Below are positions 1 through 5,211 of a stretch of DNA of 13,225 nucleotides, piece after piece. The notes under the pieces were generated by a model that was given only the letters and a program-made list of their open reading frames with translations, had not been told where the DNA came from and did no database searches. Each line of letters opens with the position of its first letter. Position 1 is the stretch's first letter. Made by a program: the position numbers and the translations under genes. This DNA is from Campylobacterota bacterium (GTDB taxonomy: Bacteria > Campylobacterota > Campylobacteria > Campylobacterales > Arcobacteraceae), in the NCBI GenBank assembly GCA_051746405.1, contig JBNJFB010000060.1, positions 1 to 13,225 of the forward strand. The letters run 5' to 3'.

Positions 1-3000
1 GCATTTACTTCTGCTTTAATATTTTTAGCATTATCTTCATAGCTTGTTTGTACTCCATCTTCTGTAATATTTACTTTTGTATTATTTAAATCACTACTTG
101 CTTTAATAGTTTTACCATCTAAGTCTATTTCATGGGATACAGTATTATTGCTATCTGGTTTAGTTTGTGCTTTTACTTTTTTTCCATCTTCAAATTCAAC
201 TGTTACAGTCTCATTTTCATCTACTTGTACTGTTCCTTTATCTTTAATATCATCATTCTCTTTTAAAGCAAGAACATTAAAGCTAAACACTCTTGATTTA
301 CTGTACTCACCATCATTTACTGTTACATTAATATCTGATTCTCCACTTAGTGTATCAGCTATTGAAATAGTCATATTATTATCAGTAAAGTTAATATCTT
401 CTATTAAATCACTATTTGTATATGTAGCGTTTATATCTAATTCATTAATACTATTATCTATATCAGTTATATCTAATAATACAGATTTTGTTTTTGTATC
501 TTTATAGATATATTGATTTGATATTGGTGCTAAATTTGGAGCATCATTTACAGGATTTACAGTAATTGTAAATATATCTGTTGAGCTTGCCCCTTGGATA
601 TCTTGCACTTTTATAGTTATATCAACTTCACCATTTGCATTATCTACTGTTGTTAGGTTGAAATCAAGTGGTTGCGAGTAGCTAGCTTGATTTTGCCATT
701 TATTCTTATCCCAGTTTTGGTTTACTGTAACTATTGTACTATCACTTGATTTAACTGTGATATTTAAATCATCACCCTCTATATCTGTAGCGTTTATTTC
801 ATAGTTTGTAGTTCCACTATCTTCATCTATACTTAGGTTAGTTAGGTTTGTTGTGAATGTTGGTGTATCATTAACTGGATCTATTTTTATATCAAAGCTT
901 TCTAAAGTGCTTTTATTATTTGCTGTGGCATTTACTTCAACACTTACTGTTCCATAAGCATTTTCTACAGGAGTTACTACTATTTTTCCATCTACTATAG
1001 AAACTGTTGCTATTGATTCATCTGATGATTTTACTGTATAGGCTATCTCATCACCTTCTGGATCTGTTGCATTTAATGTAATATTAAAATCATCAAAATC
1101 CTCTTGTTGCACTTGATTCGAGAGAGAGGAAAGTATTGGGGCTTCATTTACATTGGATATAAAGATTTTAAATGTTTTATCAAATGTAGCATCTGCACTA
1201 TCTGTTGCACGAACACACACTTCATAACTATTTTTACTCTCATAGTCAAATTCTGTATTTGATTTAAGTGTATTGCCTTGTATTGTAAAGTTATCATCTA
1301 TTTCTGCATTGCTACAAGCTAAACTATAGGTATGTGTATCACTACTATCTGCATCTATCGCATCTAAAGTTCCTATGGTTGTATCACTTGCACTATTTTC
1401 TGCAATAGTTGTATTACTTAGAGTGATGTTAGTTGGGGCACAGTTACCACCTTCACATTGGACAATGAGTTGAAAATTATGTGCTACCTCATGGGTACCG
1501 TCGCTGACTGTGAGGTTGACATCGTATGTCTTGCCAATATCCGAAGCCGTTGGAGTTCCGCTTAGTACCGTACTGTCTGAAAACTTTTGAACGCGGTCAT
1601 TACTCCCATCTGCAACATAAATATTACCATCATTATCTATGGCAACACTATTCGGACCATCAAGTTCTCCATCACCGCTTCCGGTTGTACCAAACTGTGA
1701 AAGGTAGCCTCCATCGCTGTCAAATTTTTGGATACGATTATTCTTTTTATCTGCAACATAGATATTATCATTGCTGTCTATGGCTACATCGTATGGAAGA
1801 TCTAGCTGCCCATCACCGCTTCCGGTTGTACCAAACTGTGAAACATAAGTTCCGCTACTGTCAAATTTTTGGATGCGGTGGTTGCTACGATCTGCGACAT
1901 AGATATTACCGCTGCTGTCTACGGCAAGCCCGTATGGATAACTAAATTCACCTTCATCACTTCCATTTGAGCCAAATTGTGAAACATAGACTCCATTGCT
2001 GTCAAATTTTTGTATACGGTGGTTGTCTGTATCCGCGACATAAATATTGCCGTTGCTATCTACAGCGACGCCACTTGGGCTATTAAAATTACCATTACCG
2101 GTAGTTCCATTTGAACCAAACTGGGAAACATAGCCTCCGTCGCTGTCAAATTTTCGGATGCGGTCGTTGTTACGATCTGCGACATAGATATTGCCACTGC
2201 TATCTGTGGCGACATTATATGGCCAATCTAGTTGACCATCACCGCTTCCAGCTGCATCAAACTGAGAAACATAGCCTCCGTCGCTGTCAAATTTTTGGAT
2301 GCGGTCGTTTTTACGATCTGCGACATAGATATTGCCACTACTATCTGTGGCTACGCCAGTTGGAAGGTTAAACTCTCCATCACCGCTTCCGGTTGAGCCA
2401 AACTTTGTATCAAATTGTAATCCACTTGACAACTCCAGCCAATCGGGCAGAGTTGTCGCATTATTTACGCTCCAGGTTAAATTATCATCATCTCCATCAG
2501 TTGCAGTAAGTGAGTAACTATATATATTCTCTTTTATAGCGGTTTTTTCAGGAGTGCTTGTTACTATTGGTATATCTTCTACTGATTTTACAGTTACATT
2601 TACCGTTATGGTACTCTCAGCCCCACCGCTTGCTTTTACTACAAAGCTATCTGTTCCATTGAAGTTTTCATTTGGTGTGTAGCTTATGGCTTGAGTCTGC
2701 CCTATTGGGTTGTCACTTACATTTGCATCTCCATTGTTTGGATTGGAGTCTATGCTCCATGTGATAGTATCACCCTCTACATCGGTTGCATCTAGCTCTA
2801 AGCTAAAGGGTGTTGGATCTGCATCTTCACTCATAGTTACATCCACACTTGAACCTTGAGTGATAACAGGAGCCTCATTTGTTGTGTATACCCAAAGCTC
2901 TTGGCCATAATCACCCCCATCATCAGCTTCAAAGTAGAGCTTACCTTTAAATACAGTCAGCTCTTTTGGGTAGCTATGATATTTACCCTCTCTAATATCA

Positions 3001-4100
3001 CTTACCATTACTGGATCATTGGTGCCATCATACGCCCAAAGCTCATAACCGTTACTACCGTCTGTAGCTTGGAAATAGAGAGTATCCTCAAATACGGTGA
3101 GGTGCTCTGGTTTGCTCCCTGAGCTACCCTCAATAATATCACTTGCCATAGTTGGTTCATTAGTGCCATCATACTCCCAAAGTTCATAACCGTGACTACT
3201 ATCCCTGGCTTTAAAATAGAGTTTATTATTAAACACAGTGAAGTGTTCTGGATTACTACTGCGATTATCAGGGTAAATATCTTTGACCATAGTGGCATCA
3301 GTGCCATCATAGACCCAAAGTTCATAACCGTGACTACCATCCCTAGCTTTAAAATAGAGTTTATCATTAAACACAGTGAAGTGCTGTGGATAGCTATTTC
3401 CAGTGCCAGAGTTGATATCTGCGGTCATTACTGGATCACTGATGCCGTCATACTCCCAAAGTTCATATCCATTATCTCCACCATTAGCTTGAAAATAGAG
3501 TTTATCATTAAACACAGTGAAGTACTTTGGAACACTACCCCAGCTGTCAGAACTAATTTTGAACACCATTTTTGTTGTACCTTCTGCACTATCATGAACC
3601 CAAAGCTCAGTTCCATTTTCTCCATCATCAGCTTGAAAATAGAGCTTATTATTATATACAGTAAGGTATTCTGGATCACTATCCGAGCTGCCAGGATTAA
3701 TGTCTTGCACCATTTTTGTTGTATCTGTTGCACTATCATGAACCCAAAGCTCAAAACCGTTTGAACTATCTCTGGCTTGGAAATAGAGCTTTCCATCATA
3801 CACTGTAAGATGTTTTGGGAAGCTACCAACACTGTCAGGATAGATATCTTTGACCATAGTCGGATCATTGGTGCCATCATAGACCCAAAGCTCAGCTCCA
3901 CTTTCTCCATCATTGGCTTGAAAGTAGAGCTTTTCATCATACAGTGTAAGATATTCTGGTTCACTATCACTAGTACCTGCCCGAATATCTTTTACTAACT
4001 CCGTTGTACCAGCTTGCAAATTCCCCATTGTCAGCAGCACCAGCGCTGCGCCAGCTGCTAACGCATGGGGGAGCTTACTTTGTTTTTTAAAGATTTTCAT
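1..4100 (-). CDS. Giant secreted modular surface protein / putative adhesin (ELWxxDGT repeats + NHL propeller + Ig/cadherin-like domains), 3'-truncated by the window edge, >1366 aa
   Basis: Manual translation from ATG 4100 (AAGGAG RBS at 4111-4116) gives no stop down to position 3: MKIFKKQSKLPHALAAGAALVLLTMGNLQA-GTTELVKDIRAG...KNIKAEVN. The frame is the same at both ends. It is probably absent from the ORF track because its stop lies outside the window. Confidence 0.95.
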   Translation of the reverse strand, partial: MKIFKKQSKLPHALAAGAALVLLTMGNLQAGTTELVKDIRAGTSDSEPEYLTLYDEKLYFQANDGESGAELWVYDGTNDPTMVKDIYPDSVGSFPKHLTVYDGKLYFQARDSSNGFELWVHDSATDTTKMVQDINPGSSDSDPEYLTVYNNKLYFQADDGENGTELWVHDSAEGTTKMVFKISSDSWGSVPKYFTVFNDKLYFQANGGDNGYELWEYDGISDPVMTADINSGTGNSYPQHFTVFNDKLYFKARDGSHGYELWVYDGTDATMVKDIYPDNRSSNPEHFTVFNNKLYFKARDSSHGYELWEYDGTNEPTMASDIIEGSSGSKPEHLTVFEDTLYFQATDGSNGYELWAYDGTNDPVMVSDIREGKYHSYPKELTVFKGKLYFEADDGGDYGQELWVYTTNEAPVITQGSSVDVTMSEDADPTPFSLELDATDVEGDTITWSIDSNPNNGDANVSDNPIGQTQAISYTPNENFNGTDSFVVKASGGAESTITVNVTVKSVEDIPIVTSTPEKTAIKENIYSYSLTATDGDDDNLTWSVNNATTLPDWLELSSGLQFDTKFGSTGSGDGEFNLPTGVATDSSGNIYVADRKNDRIQKFDSDGGYVSQFDAAGSGDGQLDWPYNVATDSSGNIYVADRNNDRIRKFDSDGGYVSQFGSNGTTGNGNFNSPSGVAVDSNGNIYVADTDNHRIQKFDSNGVYVSQFGSNGSDEGEFSYPYGLAVDSSGNIYVADRSNHRIQKFDSSGTYVSQFGTTGSGDGQLDLPYDVAIDSNDNIYVADKKNNRIQKFDSDGGYLSQFGTTGSGDGELDGPNSVAIDNDGNIYVADGSNDRVQKFSDSTVLSGTPTASDIGKTYDVNLTVSDGTHEVAHNFQLIVQCEGGNCAPTNITLSNTTIAENSASDTTIGTLDAIDADSSDTHTYSLACSNAEIDDNFTIQGNTLKSNTEFDYESKNSYEVCVRATDSADATFDKTFKIFISNVNEAPILSSLSNQVQQEDFDDFNITLNATDPEGDEIAYTVKSSDESIATVSIVDGKIVVTPVENAYGTVSVEVNATANNKSTLESFDIKIDPVNDTPTFTTNLTNLSIDEDSGTTNYEINATDIEGDDLNITVKSSDSTIVTVNQNWDKNKWQNQASYSQPLDFNLTTVDNANGEVDITIKVQDIQGASSTDIFTITVNPVNDAPNLAPISNQYIYKDTKTKSVLLDITDIDNSINELDINATYTNSDLIEDINFTDNNMTISIADTLSGESDINVTVNDGEYSKSRVFSFNVLALKENDDIKDKGTVQVDENETVTVEFEDGKKVKAQTKPDSNNTVSHEIDLDGKTIKASSDLNNTKVNITEDGVQTSYEDNAKNIKAEVN
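265..1136 (-). other. About three further tandem Ig/cadherin-like stalk domains
   Basis: Units delimited by NVNEAP / PVNDTP / PVNDAP linkers, with ATDPEGD, ATDIEGD and ITDID motifs; boundaries approximate. Confidence 0.7.
1137..1439 (-). other. Bacterial cadherin domain with Ca2+-binding motifs
   Basis: APTNITLSNTTIAEN...IGTLDAIDADSSDTHTYSL...FDYESKNSYEVCVRATD...ISNVNEAP: xEN, DxD, DYE, AxD and NEAP motifs. Confidence 0.85.
1581..2423 (-). repeat. Six tandem NHL repeats (about 47 aa, 141-nt period), 6-bladed beta-propeller
   Basis: Consensus FGSxGSGDGEFxxPxGVAxDSSGNIYVADRxNxRIQKFDSDGxYVSQ; six NIYVAD motifs counted. Confidence 0.95.
2571..2880 (-). other. Ig/cadherin-like (tandem-95/Big_9-type) domain
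   Basis: NEAPVIT...MSED...LDATDVEGDTITWSI...SYTPNENFNGTDSFVVKAS...VNVTV: typical DVEGD and YTPNxNFNGTDSF motifs. Confidence 0.8.
2881..4010 (-). repeat. Eight tandem ELWxxDGT-type repeats (46-48 aa), probable beta-propeller
   Basis: Consensus MVxDIxPGxxxSxPxHLTVFxxKLYFQAxDGxxGYELWVYDGT. Eight ELW motifs counted: ELWVYDGT, ELWVHDSA x2, ELWEYDGI, ELWVYDGT, ELWEYDGT, ELWAYDGT, ELWVYTT. Confidence 0.92.
4011..4100 (-). other. Sec-type signal peptide of the giant protein (aa 1-30)
   Basis: Basic N-region (MKIFKKQSK), hydrophobic core (ALAAGAALVLLTM), L-Q-A cleavage-like site directly before the first repeat; no lipobox Cys. Confidence 0.8.
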
Positions 4101-4110
4101 TGTCTATGTT

Positions 4111-4142
4111 CTCCTTTGCTTTCCTCTATTTTTTTCATTGTA
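4111..4142 (-). promoter_or_regulatory. RBS and candidate sigma70 -10 box for the giant protein gene
   Basis: Minus strand TACAAT at 4137-4142 and AAGGAG at 4111-4116, 10 nt before the ATG. Confidence 0.5.
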
Positions 4143-4348
4143 CAGAATTGAACTCTCTTTTTTCTCTCTTTTTAAAAAATTTTAGAGATTTTTTTAATAG
4201 AATCGCCAAACTGTCAATTATTAATAGAATAAATACTACAAACTTCACTACATAAATCTAAGCTTAACTAAAAATTTTAAAAACAATTGTTTACTTCTTT
4301 TTATCTAGTAATAGTCCATAATACCGCAGCTTAAAAATAGGACAAAAA

Positions 4349-5179
4349 ATGTTATTAGAAGATTTAAAAGATTATTTAGGTTTTGCAGTTGCAGGAAACT
4401 TTGCTAACCACTTGGGAGAAGCAGGTGAAGCTGATGAGTTTGCTGTAATCAAAACAGAAAAAAATGCCCCAAAAGGAATGTTTCCTTTTTATATTAAAAA
4501 TCATGATAGTTTTCTTGGAACTTATCCAATATGTGATGAGATAATTCAAACACACAACAGAGAAGATGATAACTTACAAGTTGAAGCTGAAGTTGCTTTA
4601 ATATGTGATTTTAAATATGAAAACAACAAAGTTGTTGATATCATCCCTAAATATTTTTCAGCTTTTAATGATTGCTCTATTAGAATACATGATGGAAAAA
4701 AATTAAGTACTAAAAAAAATTGGGGAAAAAATACAAAAGGGATTTCCCAAGATTTAATAGAAATAGATAACTTTACAGAAGATGGAATATTAAGTAAATA
4801 TCATATCTCATCTTTTATTAAAAGAGATGGTATAGTTCATGACTATGGAACAACAAGTGCTGTTAGGTCTTATAGCTACTTTTTCACTCAACTAAAAGAT
4901 TGGATGATTGATAAACTAAACACACAAGAAGATTGTGGTCCCCTTGAAGAGTTAACACAGTTTATGACAAATGCCAAAGAAGCAAAAGGAATGCTAATAG
5001 CAGCAGGAGCCACTGCATATACAGATTTTGGTAAGAAAAACTTCCTACAAAAAGGTGATGAAATTTTTGTGTACGTTTACAATGCCCATGCTCATAGTTT
5101 CAATGATATTATGAATGATATGTGCGGGGTTGATACTTTTTTAGGACAGTGTTCAAAGCTACATCAAGTTGTACAATAG
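4349..5179 (+). CDS. DUF5718-family protein, probable FAH-superfamily fold (276 aa)
   Basis: N-terminal GFAVAGNFANHLGEAGEA recognised as DUF5718-like; AGGA RBS at 4339-4342; candidate -10 CATAAT at 4317-4322. Confidence 0.8.
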   Translation: MLLEDLKDYLGFAVAGNFANHLGEAGEADEFAVIKTEKNAPKGMFPFYIKNHDSFLGTYPICDEIIQTHNREDDNLQVEAEVALICDFKYENNKVVDIIPKYFSAFNDCSIRIHDGKKLSTKKNWGKNTKGISQDLIEIDNFTEDGILSKYHISSFIKRDGIVHDYGTTSAVRSYSYFFTQLKDWMIDKLNTQEDCGPLEELTQFMTNAKEAKGMLIAAGATAYTDFGKKNFLQKGDEIFVYVYNAHAHSFNDIMNDMCGVDTFLGQCSKLHQVVQ

Positions 5180-5184
5180 ATTAA

Positions 5185-5211
5185 TCATAAGAAGCAAAAT
5201 ACTTCTTATGA
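5185..5211. terminator. Probable bidirectional intrinsic terminator between convergent genes
   Basis: Perfect 10-bp stem TCATAAGAAG (5185-5194) / CTTCTTATGA (5202-5211), 7-nt loop; right arm overlaps the MCP stop codon; T-rich sequence follows on +. Confidence 0.65.

Noticed and set aside
1120..1128. GAGAGAGAG tract in the adhesin as a phase-variation site
   Set aside because: Only about 4.5 dinucleotide units and the frame is intact; too short to support.
148..3998. Nine ORF-track entries (148-507, 1526-1945, 2111-2371, 2332-2517, 2856-3122, 3008-3367, 3192-3764, 3428-3970, 3777-3998)
   Set aside because: Antisense or off-frame shadows of the giant minus-strand CDS; their internal repetition mirrors the NHL and ELWxxDGT repeats.
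1581..4010. Regularly spaced DNA repeats as a possible CRISPR array or DGR template/variable pair
   Set aside because: Periods are multiples of 3 (138-144 nt) and code for protein repeats. Mismatches between copies are not adenine-specific, and there is no cas or reverse transcriptase gene in the window.
4195..4210. Minus-strand TTGGCG as a sigma54 -24 element
   Set aside because: No TTGC -12 element at the required spacing.
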